Source: a bacterium (GTDB taxonomy: Bacteria > Bdellovibrionota_C > UBA2361 > SZUA-149 > JAQTWB01). From it: DNA of 62,272 nucleotides. This document shows, piece by piece, positions 48,037-58,882 of the stretch; position 1 is the first letter of the stretch, and each line of letters starts with the position of its first letter. The translations under genes were made by a program, and so were the position numbers. The stretch covers positions 1 through 62,272 of the forward strand of contig JAQTWB010000010.1 in NCBI GenBank assembly GCA_028689495.1, read 5' to 3'. The notes under the pieces were generated by a model that saw only the letters and a list, made by a program, of their open reading frames with translations, did not search any database and had not been told where the DNA came from.

Positions 48037-48698
48037 TACCATTTCAAAACCGGTCTTACCGATCAACGGAGTCTTTAAACACGATATAGTAATCTTCGGA
48101 ACGGTCATGAGTCTGAAATTTCAGCTCATGACCCGCTTCCATACTCTGCTTAAATTAAGGTTCCATATTGCAACTGGTCAGACGTTTCTGGTTACGGCAT
48201 CACAGACAAACCACTTTGAAATACACTTCCGATTGAGTTGGGCAAATCAAAAACCTATCCTTCTATTTTTGGGGTAAAGGCACATTGCATTTTTCGCACC
48301 GATGTTGCCTGGCTCTGACCCGGAAATTGCACGTAAGTTCACAGCTAAAGCTGGTAATTGTCTGTTATTGCTGTTCCGAGTTTTCCGACAGTCTGTAATT
48401 GACGACTCTGCTGTCAGGAGATATTGAAAAAGTCCCCTTTCCTTAGTGTAGAAGTATATCTTGCCGCATTCATCGCTGCGCTTTCAGTAACTCAAGTCTG
48501 CCCACTTGAAGCCTGAACCTGCAATACCGATGAATGCGGCACGACAGTGATAAGGTTACAAGATTATGTCTGCAACAACATGCCATCCACCTGAAGTAAT
48601 GCTCCGACAGGCGCTTCTCCAGGCGGGTGGCACGTTGTTCAGGTCGATATTCTCTGAACGCTTACTGCCCGTTTTTCAACTTCAAACGGAGCATAATC

Positions 48699-49136
48699 AT
48701 GACTCAACATACTATTCCTTTAAACAAACTGAATGCCATGCACCACGGTGCCGAAAATGGCGAGTTTAGCCGTCGTCAACTGCGTGAACACGCCGAAATT
48801 CTAAATACCACGGCACTGATGAGCCCGGACGAAGAGGTAAAACTGCTGGCGATGCTATTCATGATTCGTTTTATCCCGGAAGACCTTGCCGAAGATACAC
48901 TGGAATCTTTTGCCAATATCAACCGGACAAGTGTTGTGTACAACAGGCTGCAAAATCGTTTTACGCCGGTAATTTTGAAGACAGCCACGAACGATCAGCA
49001 ACAACTCTACCTTTGGCTTTTTTCAAACGGGGAGCGGGGCTCGATTCCAACTCCTGTTTGTAATCGTCGAAAAAAACGCCCGGGGGGCAATTGCAGTAGC
49101 TGCAGCGACTGTTCTAGCTGCAGTAATGACGACTAG
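48699..49136 (+). CDS. Hypothetical protein with a Cys/Ser-rich C-terminal tail (NCSSCSDCSSCSNDD). Paralog of 6133-6684.
   Basis: Start at MTQHT with GGAG SD; the ORF extends to 48627. Flanked by inverted GGAAATTGCACGTAAGTTCAC repeats. Confidence 0.5.
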   Translation: MTQHTIPLNKLNAMHHGAENGEFSRRQLREHAEILNTTALMSPDEEVKLLAMLFMIRFIPEDLAEDTLESFANINRTSVVYNRLQNRFTPVILKTATNDQQQLYLWLFSNGERGSIPTPVCNRRKKRPGGNCSSCSDCSSCSNDD

Positions 49137-49619
49137 CCCGGATGTTGCACGTAAGCCCGTCGTGAGGTTGTGAAGTCTGTGGCAAGGCGTGGGGGTAGAG
49201 AGTCGGGAATACTGGCGTATTCCCGAGCGAACGCTCCCCCGCGGATTGTCCAGAATTCGCGACCGCAGCAGGGTAATCAAAGAGTGCAAACTGTAACGAC
49301 AAAATTTAAACAGAATCGGTCGTTGCACTCGTAAATTCGCGGGTGAAACCTGTTTCAGCCGTGAACTTACGTGCAATTTCCTGGCTCGCCCGAATGTTGC
49401 ACGTAAGCAATATTTAGAAATGAGGTGATAATTGAATCAGGCAGGGAAGCCTGATTCTTTCGGCTATACCATTTCAAAAATGGTCTTAACTAGAAGCTGA
49501 AACGTTTTGACAACCAGGTTTTTAATTACACTGTCGTCGCCCATCGCAATTCCGATTGGGGAAATAGTATGTACCAAATCAAACTTGGCAGCCTCGCCTT
49601 GATTCAATATTCAGGGGGC

Positions 49620-52031
49620 TTAACGTACAACATCCGGGTCAACCAGCTTTTCCAACTTCACCCCCCTCCAATAGGTCCAATCAGAAGACAATTCATTCTT
49701 TGGCCCTCCCGTTGTCCGCAGCTCGACAACACCTTCCATGGAAGCCTCAATATCCAAACTAAACTCATGCGGTCCTCTGGACGAGAGGACTTGAGACGGA
49801 TTTAATAAAACATCATACAACACCGTCTCTTGACCACTCCCCTCCCGCAAAATTATCGAAAAGCCCGCCCCGTCTGTGGGGAACGGATTATTTTCAGAAT
49901 ACGCCCCTGCCAATATTCCATACTGCCCTGTTAAAAGGTACTTCCCTGATTCCAACGGATACGACATGGCACCCGGCGGATGAACCATCATAACCGTGAC
50001 CCGGTCTTCTAGAATATTCTCGAAAGGACGAGTCACCCTGGATGGTCCCGACAATAAAGCAGGAAAATAGTTATCCAGAAGTTTGCTGACTGATGTATGA
50101 CTACCATTGCCGCTTCGGCTTTTTATCGGCACCACAGAATATTGCACAGATAAATTTGATAACCTGGCCAACCACGGCAAATCATATTCAGCAGTGACAC
50201 GAACTGACGAGACCACAGGCAGAGAACCCCCAGTGTGCCAATTAATCAAGTCCGTTTCATCAATAACTAAAGGAGAAAGTAGAAATCCATCCGCTGCAAG
50301 CTTTGGGAGAATGCGAAAAAAATGCTCATGCTCTCCTTCTGCAATCACATGAATGTAATATCTTGGAGCACGATATAATAATGTTAGCAGCTTCAACCAA
50401 AGTGGCTGATCAATCTTGACCTTCAGATAAATCCGCTCTCCCTTAAAGGCAGTCAAATCCAGATTCTCGCCAAGATTTTTGCTAAACAGAGCATCATCGG
50501 CAGCAACACCAATTTCTTCATTCTCCAATTTTTTTTGAAAAAGAAGGTACCCCTTTTCATAAGCGATTGGCTTATACCTGGTCAGCAAGGCTTCCATGAC
50601 ACCTTTATCATTCATCATCGGGAACCTGCCATCGACAATCTGGTTCTTATAAAGAAGATATTCTGGCGCATCCGCTCCCTGAATAAAACTGGTATTTAGC
50701 TTCCGTAAAGACGGAGTATATGCCGTGTATCCCTGAAAAAGCGGGCGCGGCTTCCAGTTAAAATCATTTAGAAGCAAAATTCCCTGCTCCAACCCAATCA
50801 TATCGACCGTGGAGTTACCGACGATACCGGATATCACAGGGAGTTTATAATATTGCGACATCCACGCTTTGCGAGCCTTACGGGATTCAACAATATCAGG
50901 ATAGAACACAAGGTTATGAAAATTTCCCGAAACTTCAGTCGGCCATTTACCGGCAAGTTTCAGTGGCCCCTCTCCAGCCAAAGTAAGCCCATATAATGAA
51001 ATACCCGCTATCAAATAACACAAAACAAGAGAAGGAAGATGTCGAATCCGATCAAAGACAGTGAGCACTGTGAACGGAAGAAAAACCATCAATGCGAAAA
51101 ACTGTAACGAGTGTGCATCGTGCCGGACAAACCCCGACTTCCAACCCAAAAAAACTGTCATCAGAATGCAGATCGAGTAACAAAAAACCTCAAATGTAGG
51201 TTCCTCTCTGATCTTCAAAAGAAGTAGCAGTAATGTAAGAACACAGACAAGTAATGTGCAGACTAGCTCAGAGCCAATAAAACCCAAACTCATTGTCGAA
51301 CTGAATTCCGAAGACAACTCAATTGAGTAAGACAAAAATGGACCCAAATCCGAAAGACTCTGCCCAAGGAGCCACCACCCGGCCAAAAAAAATAGCATGA
51401 ATAATGGCGGAACAAGCAAATTAACTCTACGTTTTTTCGTGACGACCGCATGAATTCCCACAATTACCGACATTACGCATGACAACAAGGCAAAGGTAAA
51501 TTTGTCCAAGGCAAAAAGCGCCATGAACATCGTTGTGAACAGAAGAAAAATAAGATGCTGCTCTTTTCTTAAACTAGAACGCAGGAGCCACAACACAGTT
51601 GTTGTAACCAATAAGAAAATCAACGCATCATTTGGAAAGGCACGAAGAACAACGAGCACCAGGAGATAAAACCACAGCTGATGGAACGCACTCGCCAGAC
51701 GAGAACCGGTGAAAATTAAAATACAAGAAGCAAAAAGGGAGATTAAGATTTGAACAATTAGAAATCTTGGAAAAACTGCCGAATCAAATGCCGCGTTAGG
51801 GTATGTATAACAGGCTCCAGGGCCATAGGTGAAAATAACGTCACTCCCCCAGCGCCAACCACTGGCACATGCATAAGACAGCATTTGCGACCATGACTCC
51901 TCCGAGTTTGACGATGCGGTAACAACACCAAAATTCAAAAAGGAAATGAAAACCAAAACAAAAAGCGAAAAGGCTAAAAACGCTTTATACAGTTTTGTAG
52001 AATAATCTGAAATTGAAGCTGCAAAAATCAA
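49620..52031 (-). CDS. Large polytopic membrane protein (YfhO-like or glycosyltransferase-like), AT-rich.
   Basis: 803 aa with 10 or more N-terminal TM helices and a large C-terminal extracytoplasmic domain. Family not assignable from sequence alone. Confidence 0.45.
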   Translation of the reverse strand: MIFAASISDYSTKLYKAFLAFSLFVLVFISFLNFGVVTASSNSEESWSQMLSYACASGWRWGSDVIFTYGPGACYTYPNAAFDSAVFPRFLIVQILISLFASCILIFTGSRLASAFHQLWFYLLVLVVLRAFPNDALIFLLVTTTVLWLLRSSLRKEQHLIFLLFTTMFMALFALDKFTFALLSCVMSVIVGIHAVVTKKRRVNLLVPPLFMLFFLAGWWLLGQSLSDLGPFLSYSIELSSEFSSTMSLGFIGSELVCTLLVCVLTLLLLLLKIREEPTFEVFCYSICILMTVFLGWKSGFVRHDAHSLQFFALMVFLPFTVLTVFDRIRHLPSLVLCYLIAGISLYGLTLAGEGPLKLAGKWPTEVSGNFHNLVFYPDIVESRKARKAWMSQYYKLPVISGIVGNSTVDMIGLEQGILLLNDFNWKPRPLFQGYTAYTPSLRKLNTSFIQGADAPEYLLYKNQIVDGRFPMMNDKGVMEALLTRYKPIAYEKGYLLFQKKLENEEIGVAADDALFSKNLGENLDLTAFKGERIYLKVKIDQPLWLKLLTLLYRAPRYYIHVIAEGEHEHFFRILPKLAADGFLLSPLVIDETDLINWHTGGSLPVVSSVRVTAEYDLPWLARLSNLSVQYSVVPIKSRSGNGSHTSVSKLLDNYFPALLSGPSRVTRPFENILEDRVTVMMVHPPGAMSYPLESGKYLLTGQYGILAGAYSENNPFPTDGAGFSIILREGSGQETVLYDVLLNPSQVLSSRGPHEFSLDIEASMEGVVELRTTGGPKNELSSDWTYWRGVKLEKLVDPDVVR

Positions 52032-52215
52032 AGTTCCTCACCTTCTCAAGATCGGGTAATACGGTCTAACAACGTTGGCAATGATATGTAGGGGCGCTTC
52101 GAGAAGCGCCCATGTGTGACCAACCCGGCACCGTAGATAGTCAGTGTTTTTTGCAGCGGAGCTGGAGCTCCACTGCCCCACTACGCTCTCTCGCAGATTG
52201 CCAGAAATTTCGAGA

Positions 52216-53781
52216 CTACGCCGCCCCGTTCAACATTGCTGTCAGCTTGTCGGGCAGGCCGGAGAAGTCGCCATTTGACATCATGACAAACAGGGTTTTC
52301 TGCTGTGAGGACTGGGCTGAGGCGAGAACTTCGCCAGCTTTGGCGAGAAATTCATCCATACTCTCCAGCAGGCCCGAGCGGCAGCCGGTGGCTTCAATGT
52401 CGCGCACAAGTCGCTCGACATCAAGCTCGGAGGCATCGCCGAATTTAGAGTAAACTCCCTCGCTCGATATTCGGCGAATCCATGCTTCGTCAGCGGCAAA
52501 GAAACTCTCAGCATAAGCTCTCTGAAACACGGCGCGGCGGCTTGTATTGGAACGCGGTTCAAAAAAGGCAACAATACGCCAGTCGCGATAACGCTCGCGA
52601 AGTCCGGCAAGAGTTGTTTTAACTGCGGTAGGATGATGAGCGAAGTCCTCAATCAACAAAGTGGAGCTGTTCTGAAAACGAATCTGCTGCCGCCGTGCAA
52701 CACCGGAAAAACTCTTGATCCCGGCAGCTATCACTCCTCGATCGAGACCGAGTAGCCGTCCAACAGCAAAAGCGGCAAGTGCATTAAGTGCGCTATGCTC
52801 ACCCAAAAGGATTGTTGCAAAACTGTCAGTCTCACGCGTATCGCCAGAGCCGATAGTCGTCCGCACCGTAAATGCGACATTCTGCAAACCGCTTGCCGGA
52901 TCAACCGTTCGCCTGCTGATACAATAATCAGCCAGGTCGCGGCTACCATAAAAAACAACTTCAGCTTTAAGCAAGCCCCGGGTTTGGGCTCGTTCAACAA
53001 CCGCACGCACCCGTTCATTATCGGCACAGGCGACAACGAATCCCGATTCGGGTACAAGTGATATCGCTTGAACAAACTCGTCTTCTATCTGCTCAACGGT
53101 CTGGTAAATATCAGCATGATCAAACTCAATGCTGGTGATCAGCAATATATCAGGCCGGTAGGAGAGAAATTTCGGCCATTTGGCAAACCAGGCGCTGTCA
53201 TATTCGTCACCTTCAAGCACCACTGAACGCTTGGCAACTTCCACATCTTCAGCGACAAGCCGCACCGGCTTGGCAAAATCGCCGGGCATACCGCCAATGA
53301 AATATCCCGGCTTACGCCCGGCATAATCAAGCATCGCCGTAATCAGCGAGGTCGTTGTCGTCTTCCCGTGGGTGCCGCTGACAACAATTGAATTGGGACA
53401 ATACGAACGCTCGCCGATTAAAAAAGCGGAAAGAGCTTCCGGCATCGAAGCATAAGGTTTCCCTGTTTCAAGCGCTGCGACAGCTTCCGGGTTATCAGAC
53501 CGAATGGCGTTGCCGATAATAAATCCGTCAATATCATCCGCCAGGTTATCGGCACTATAGCCGCAATAAATCTGATCGATTGTTTTTTTTATGAAGTCGC
53601 CCATCGGCGGATAGAAAGCCTTATCGCTACCCGAAACAACAAACCCCTTGTCTTTAAGCAAAGCAGCCAGAGATCCAGTTCCGGTCCCGCAAATACCTAT
53701 AACGTGAATCTTCGACCCTTTCTCCAGTTGCGAAAGAGCGGCGGATCGTTCGCGGCTGTGCTGCAATTCAAATTCTCTCAT
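52216..53781 (-). CDS. mpl: UDP-N-acetylmuramate:L-alanyl-gamma-D-glutamyl-meso-diaminopimelate ligase (murein peptide ligase Mpl).
   Basis: IHVIGICGTGTGSLA, FYPPMGDF, FIIGNAIRSDNPEAVAA, VSGTHGKTTTTSL and DFAHHPTA are collinear with the E. coli Mpl motifs. Confidence 0.75.
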   Translation of the reverse strand: MREFELQHSRERSAALSQLEKGSKIHVIGICGTGTGSLAALLKDKGFVVSGSDKAFYPPMGDFIKKTIDQIYCGYSADNLADDIDGFIIGNAIRSDNPEAVAALETGKPYASMPEALSAFLIGERSYCPNSIVVSGTHGKTTTTSLITAMLDYAGRKPGYFIGGMPGDFAKPVRLVAEDVEVAKRSVVLEGDEYDSAWFAKWPKFLSYRPDILLITSIEFDHADIYQTVEQIEDEFVQAISLVPESGFVVACADNERVRAVVERAQTRGLLKAEVVFYGSRDLADYCISRRTVDPASGLQNVAFTVRTTIGSGDTRETDSFATILLGEHSALNALAAFAVGRLLGLDRGVIAAGIKSFSGVARRQQIRFQNSSTLLIEDFAHHPTAVKTTLAGLRERYRDWRIVAFFEPRSNTSRRAVFQRAYAESFFAADEAWIRRISSEGVYSKFGDASELDVERLVRDIEATGCRSGLLESMDEFLAKAGEVLASAQSSQQKTLFVMMSNGDFSGLPDKLTAMLNGAA

Positions 53782-54890
53782 TCGACGACACCATAATTAA
53801 TTCTTCGCAGTGGCGAAAATCCTTCTCGCAGAGAAACCTGAGCGGCATGTTGAAGCCAGAGATCAACAAGAACAAGAGATAACATAGCTTCAACAATCGG
53901 CACGGCGCGCAACGCGACACACGGATCGTGGCGGCCCCGGGTAATAACCTCGGCCGGAGAAAAATCCTTGTCAATGGTGCGGCAATGCTGCGGTAACGAC
54001 GAGGTTGGCTTGAAGGTAACCCTGGCGACTACTGGCGCACCGGTAGAAATCCCCCCGAGAACCCCACCATGATTATTGCTGAGAAATCCCTCTGGCGTCA
54101 TTTCATCGTGATACACACTGCCCGGTATCGAAACAGCAGCAAACCCTTCGCCGATTTCAACAGCTTTCGCCGCTGGCATACTCATCAGCGCCCCGGCAAT
54201 CAGCGCATCAAGCCGACCAAATACCGGTTCCCCCCAACCAGGTGGCACACCTTCAGCCACCACCTCCACAACACCACCAACTGAATCACGGCTCTTTCGC
54301 GCCATTTCAATCGCCTGCCTCATCGGCTCGATGGCATCCGGATCGACACAGCGCAACTCGTTGTCTTCTACCTGGGCCCAATCATATTTACCGGCTTTCA
54401 CTGTTCCGACCTGAATAAGACCGCCTTTAACAGTAACACCTGCTGTTGCCAGCAATTGTCTGGCAACAGCACCGGCGATTACGCGCGAAACTGTCTCCCG
54501 GGCGGAAGAACGTCCGCCACCACGATAATCGCGAACACCGTATTTGGCGAAATAAGAAAAATCAGCATGCCCGGGACGAAACAGGTCTTTAATAGCGCTG
54601 TAGTCCTTCGAACGCTGATCCTGATTATGAACGATAAAAGCCAGCGGCGTTCCTGTCGTCACTCCCTCAAAAGTCCCACTGAGCAATTCCGCCGTATCGC
54701 TTTCCTGGCGCTGGGTAACAAGAGAGGACTGCCCGGGTCGACGACGGTCGAGCTGTTGTTGAATTGCCGATACATCTAGCGGCAAACCGGCCGGACAACC
54801 ATCTATGACCACACCGAGGGCGGCACCATGGCTTTCACCAAATGTCATCACACGAAAGAGTTGTCCAAAAGTATTACCGAACATCTGCAC
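53778..54890 (-). CDS. aroC: Chorismate synthase.
   Basis: MFGNTFGQLFRVMTFGESHGAALGVVIDGCPAG... is the canonical AroC N-terminus. 370 aa. Confidence 0.9.
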   Translation of the reverse strand: MQMFGNTFGQLFRVMTFGESHGAALGVVIDGCPAGLPLDVSAIQQQLDRRRPGQSSLVTQRQESDTAELLSGTFEGVTTGTPLAFIVHNQDQRSKDYSAIKDLFRPGHADFSYFAKYGVRDYRGGGRSSARETVSRVIAGAVARQLLATAGVTVKGGLIQVGTVKAGKYDWAQVEDNELRCVDPDAIEPMRQAIEMARKSRDSVGGVVEVVAEGVPPGWGEPVFGRLDALIAGALMSMPAAKAVEIGEGFAAVSIPGSVYHDEMTPEGFLSNNHGGVLGGISTGAPVVARVTFKPTSSLPQHCRTIDKDFSPAEVITRGRHDPCVALRAVPIVEAMLSLVLVDLWLQHAAQVSLREGFSPLRRINYGVVE

Positions 54891-54908
54891 CCTTAGAAAT
54901 TACACTCA

Positions 54909-56019
54909 TCAGAAATTAAACTCATCCGACATCAGATAAGCGCGAATGAAACGATCGATACTGCCATCCATTACACTTTGCACATCCCCCGTTTCTTCCC
55001 CGGTCCGCAAATCCTTGACCATCTGATAAGGTTGCATCACATAAGAACGAATCTGACTGCCAAAGTCGATCTTTTTCCTCTCGCCGGCAATTTGCGCCAT
55101 TTCCGCCGCTTTCTTCTCTTTCTCCAGCTCGTACATCTTCGCTTTCAGCATACGCATCGCAACAGCTTTATTTTTATGCTGGGAACGGTCAGTCTGACAG
55201 GCGACAATAATTCCGGTCGGAATGTGGGTAATTCGCACTGCTGAATCGGTCTTGTTGACGTGCTGACCACCGGCTCCACTGGAGCGATAGGTATCGATAC
55301 GAAGGTCGTCTTCGTTGATATCAACCTCCACGTCATCATCGAGATCGGGCATTGTCGAAACACTGGCAAAGGATGTGTGACGCCGAGCATTTGAATCAAA
55401 CGGTGAAATCCGCACCAGGCGATGAACTCCCCGCTCGGAACGCAGATAACCAAAAGCATTAGATCCCTGAATCAGCACTGAAGCATTTTTAATGCCCGCT
55501 TCTTCTCCAGGCTGAATTGAAAGGATATCTGTTTTAAAGCCTTTTTTATCCGCCCAACGCAGATACATCCGCAAAAGCATCTCACCCCAATCCTGGGCTT
55601 CGGTTCCCCCAGCGCCAGAATTTATTTCCAAAATGGCATCCGATGAATCGTGTTCACCGGAAAGCATGCGCTGAAGCTCTATCTGCTCCATCAGCGCCTC
55701 AGCCTTGGCAAGCTCCTGCTCGCACTCCGACTGAAACTCGGCAGCATCGGGATCGGCAAACAGCTCCATCAATTCCGCCGCGTATTCAAGGGCTGCCCCA
55801 AGTGAATCAATATTGCCGAGTTGCTCAGCAATTTCCGCGCGCTCCCTTAGCAGTTTCTGAGCTCTCTCGTTATCGCTCCAAAAATCGGGGGCTGATGATT
55901 CGTGCTCCAACTGATCAAGTTTCTCTCTCTTGCCCGGGACGTCAAAGATAACCTCCCAGCGCTTCGAGTCTGGCCCGAAGTCGCTCGAGTGTTGTGCGCA
56001 ATTCTCCTGCGGTTAACAT
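54909..56019 (-). CDS. prfB: Peptide chain release factor 2 with a programmed +1 ribosomal frameshift (CTT TGA C at 55941-55947).
   Basis: ATG at 56019 with an AAGGAG SD. 25 codons are followed by an in-frame TGA within GGGAGG-TTAT-CTT-TGA-C. The +1 frame continues into ORF 54909-55910, which contains the GGQ release-factor motif (SGAGGQHVNKT). Confidence 0.9.
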
Positions 56020-56028
56020 CTCTTCTCC

Positions 56029-56490
56029 TTACTCCTCACTACACTCTTCACTACAACATAGCAGACGAAGCTCTTCTTCCTTTTCCTCCATCCGCCGAAC
56101 TTCTTCTTCGGGAACATTTTCATGATCGTAGCCCAATAAATGCAGCAAACCATGAATCAACAAACGCTGCATTTCATCGGCCAGGGAAACTTCATATTCC
56201 AACGCCTGTCGGACTGCTGTTTCCTGAGATATGACAATGTCACCCAGGTGCCCTTGTGAGTATAGGGAAAATTCCCCCTCATCAAGTGAAAAGGACAAGA
56301 CATCAGTCGGCTTGTCCTTGCCGCGATAATCGTTGTTTAATTGTCGGATTTCCCGATCGTCTGTAACAAGAATACTCAGCTCCCGTTCTTCACAACCCAA
56401 GACGCTTAAGAGCTTCCTTGCCGTCATTTCCAGTTTCTCGGCCGGTAGCAGTATCGGCAGGTGTTCCCTGATTAACAGATCCACTTCCAT
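56029..56490 (-). CDS. ybeY: rRNA maturation endoribonuclease YbeY.
   Basis: HGLLHLLGYDH metal-binding motif. About 150 aa from MEVDLLIREH. The longer ORF to 56673 overlaps the upstream gene. Confidence 0.8.
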   Translation of the reverse strand: MEVDLLIREHLPILLPAEKLEMTARKLLSVLGCEERELSILVTDDREIRQLNNDYRGKDKPTDVLSFSLDEGEFSLYSQGHLGDIVISQETAVRQALEYEVSLADEMQRLLIHGLLHLLGYDHENVPEEEVRRMEEKEEELRLLCCSEECSEE

Positions 56491-58882
56491 TTTCGGTCCC
56501 TTCTCTTTTATTCTTTTTCTCCGGCCCATTACCGTCAATACCAGCACTTTCAATACGAGTGCCTTCAATATCTGTCCCTTCAATAACAGCCGGCAAAGTG
56601 GTCTCACTCGGGCGTGACGCCCTCGCCTGATAGACCTTCTCCGCAGGCTCGTTGTATTGAATACGACGAGCATAAATTCCGGTAAGAACTCTTGTGAAAC
56701 TTTTGGCGATCAAATGCAGGTCACGCAAAGTAAGCTCACTCTCGTCAAGCTCACCGCTGGCAAACACCTTGTTGATAATCTTCTGCACCAAACCCTGAAT
56801 TTTGGCCGGCGAAGGATCAGTCAACGATTTGGATGAAGCCTCGACGCTATCAGCAAGCATCAATATCCCGGCCTCGCGAGTTTGCGGCCTTGGTCCAGGA
56901 TAGCTGTAAAGTGCGACATCCACTTCCTGCCCCTCTTCAACTTCCTTCTTGGCTTTTTCGTAAAAATACTCAATCCGGCTTGTGCCGTGGTGCTGACAAA
57001 TCAGGTCGATTAGTGGTTGAGGCAGCCGACTGTTACGAGCCATCTCTCCGCCATCTTTCACATGAGACTTGATTATCAGTGCCGACATTGACGGTGCCAA
57101 CTTATCGTGACGGTTCTCTCGCCCACCCTGGTTTTCAATAAAATAGAGCGGCTTCTTCGTCTTGCCGATGTCATGATAATAGGCACCTACTCTCACCAGC
57201 ATGCCGTTTGCGTCTATTTCTTTTGCCGCCTGCTCTCCCATCTGTCCGACAACCACAGAATGATTCCATGTTCCGGGGGCGGAAACTGACAACTCGCGCA
57301 AAAGTGGCTGGTCAAGTGACGCCAATTCCAAAAGCTTGATGTCGGTAATATAGGCGCCGATAAACTCGGCCAAAGGAGTCAGTCCGGCAGCAACAACACC
57401 GGAAATCACCCCGCCAAAAAAGCCACAGAGAACGCGGGAAATATTTTCCGAGTTGACCATTTCCGGATAAACAAAAACAAAACAGAGCAAAATCGCCGTG
57501 TTTAATACGGCAACGCGTAACCCGGCGACAAGAAATATCGAACGCCGGGCACAGTTCTTGACACTGACCGCACCGATAAAGTTGCCGGCAAAAATCAGCA
57601 GCACAATCGGCCAGGAGTTCTGCATAAAAACTCCGCTGAGCAAGCCGAAGCAGATTGTAAAAAACATCACGCTGGGAAATCCCATCGTCACCTGCAGTAA
57701 CATTCCGCCGGCAGCAACCGGAGCAATGTAAATTATTGCCTGTTCTCCGACGCCAAAATAAGCCGCACTAAATGCCGCACCGAGAACCAAACTAATCCGC
57801 AGCAGAACAAAACTGCCGACAATGACACATGATAGCAGCAGCAAGTCCCGATTTTGCGGATTAAACTTCTGCGCCCAGATACTGCGAATGAACGCATAAA
57901 CAAAAAGAAAGACCAGCAATGTCAGCAGACCAAACCCAATCATCATTCGCGTCAGGTTGGCTGCCCCCAGCTCAACTCGCAACTGGGCTAGTTTCCACAA
58001 ATGCTCAGCATTTACCCGATCTCCACCGCGAATAATCACCTCGCCTTTTTGAATGCGATAAAACGATGGGTTCGTCCGTCTGCGGGCATCTTCCTGAAGG
58101 CCGATTGTCGCTTCCTGATCAAAAAACACATTTGGTTCAAGAAACGAAAGGCAAAGCTTGCGTATCAGACTGACATACCCCGATGGCGATTCTCCGAGGA
58201 TTTTCTGAAGCCTGACTTCGACCTGCTCCATCGCTTCGCTGAGATCGTAAATATAACTGTCGTCATTCACAAAAGTCTTTTCTGCTCCTGACACCGGACT
58301 GAGCTCAACCCGGGCTGAAGTAGTTAAAAGATTGTGGAGATGACGTTTGTTGGCGATGATGCCGCGTTCGACAAGGGGACTGAGAATTGTAACAAAGTCT
58401 CTTTCTATGTCCGGCCAAACGGCAGTTGATTCCAGTAGCTCCCAATCCGAGTCAAGCAGGTCCAGGCGAAACAAACGTTGAATATTAGATCTCTCACGTG
58501 CTGTGGTTTGAACCTTGAGCTGACCTTCAGCAGAAAACTCTCCCTGTTCGCGCAAGGCGGAAAAGAGCTCATCCACCCTGTGCCGAGGCCCTCTCTCGGT
58601 TCGATCGTCGAGTGAAAATATCGAAGGCAGACTTTTTACAGCCTCCTCACGGCGAAGGTTTGTCGAATCCACGTCTTCAACGAGAATATCACGTGAAGCA
58701 CGAACTGTGCGTCGGGCGATATCTCCTTCCCGCAAATCCTCGGGCGTAAGAAAATCCGCGGCAAGGAAAGTCATGACAAAAGTTACAGCAATAGTCGTGG
58801 CAAACAGAATCAGAAACTTCCAGACGCCTTGTGAATAGGGTTTCGTCGTTTCAGTCTTTCGCACGTTGCTGTTCATGCACAA
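56390..58882 (-). CDS. 7TM-receptor-type membrane protein with an intracellular HD/HDIG hydrolase domain (YqfF/PgpH-like).
   Basis: Multi-TM core plus YYHDIGKTKKP and LADSVEAS HD-domain motifs. The conserved alaS-side/ybeY neighbourhood supports it. Confidence 0.8.
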   Translation of the reverse strand: MCMNSNVRKTETTKPYSQGVWKFLILFATTIAVTFVMTFLAADFLTPEDLREGDIARRTVRASRDILVEDVDSTNLRREEAVKSLPSIFSLDDRTERGPRHRVDELFSALREQGEFSAEGQLKVQTTARERSNIQRLFRLDLLDSDWELLESTAVWPDIERDFVTILSPLVERGIIANKRHLHNLLTTSARVELSPVSGAEKTFVNDDSYIYDLSEAMEQVEVRLQKILGESPSGYVSLIRKLCLSFLEPNVFFDQEATIGLQEDARRRTNPSFYRIQKGEVIIRGGDRVNAEHLWKLAQLRVELGAANLTRMMIGFGLLTLLVFLFVYAFIRSIWAQKFNPQNRDLLLLSCVIVGSFVLLRISLVLGAAFSAAYFGVGEQAIIYIAPVAAGGMLLQVTMGFPSVMFFTICFGLLSGVFMQNSWPIVLLIFAGNFIGAVSVKNCARRSIFLVAGLRVAVLNTAILLCFVFVYPEMVNSENISRVLCGFFGGVISGVVAAGLTPLAEFIGAYITDIKLLELASLDQPLLRELSVSAPGTWNHSVVVGQMGEQAAKEIDANGMLVRVGAYYHDIGKTKKPLYFIENQGGRENRHDKLAPSMSALIIKSHVKDGGEMARNSRLPQPLIDLICQHHGTSRIEYFYEKAKKEVEEGQEVDVALYSYPGPRPQTREAGILMLADSVEASSKSLTDPSPAKIQGLVQKIINKVFASGELDESELTLRDLHLIAKSFTRVLTGIYARRIQYNEPAEKVYQARASRPSETTLPAVIEGTDIEGTRIESAGIDGNGPEKKNKREGTENGSGSVNQGTPADTATGRETGNDGKEALKRLGL

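Noticed and set aside
48318-49410. TTGCACG motifs read as sigma-54 promoters (−24 TGGCACG-like).
   Set aside because: No TTGC −12 element lies at the required 4-5-nt spacing, and the motifs occur as an inverted pair flanking the gene. They fit a regulator binding site or repeat better than a promoter.
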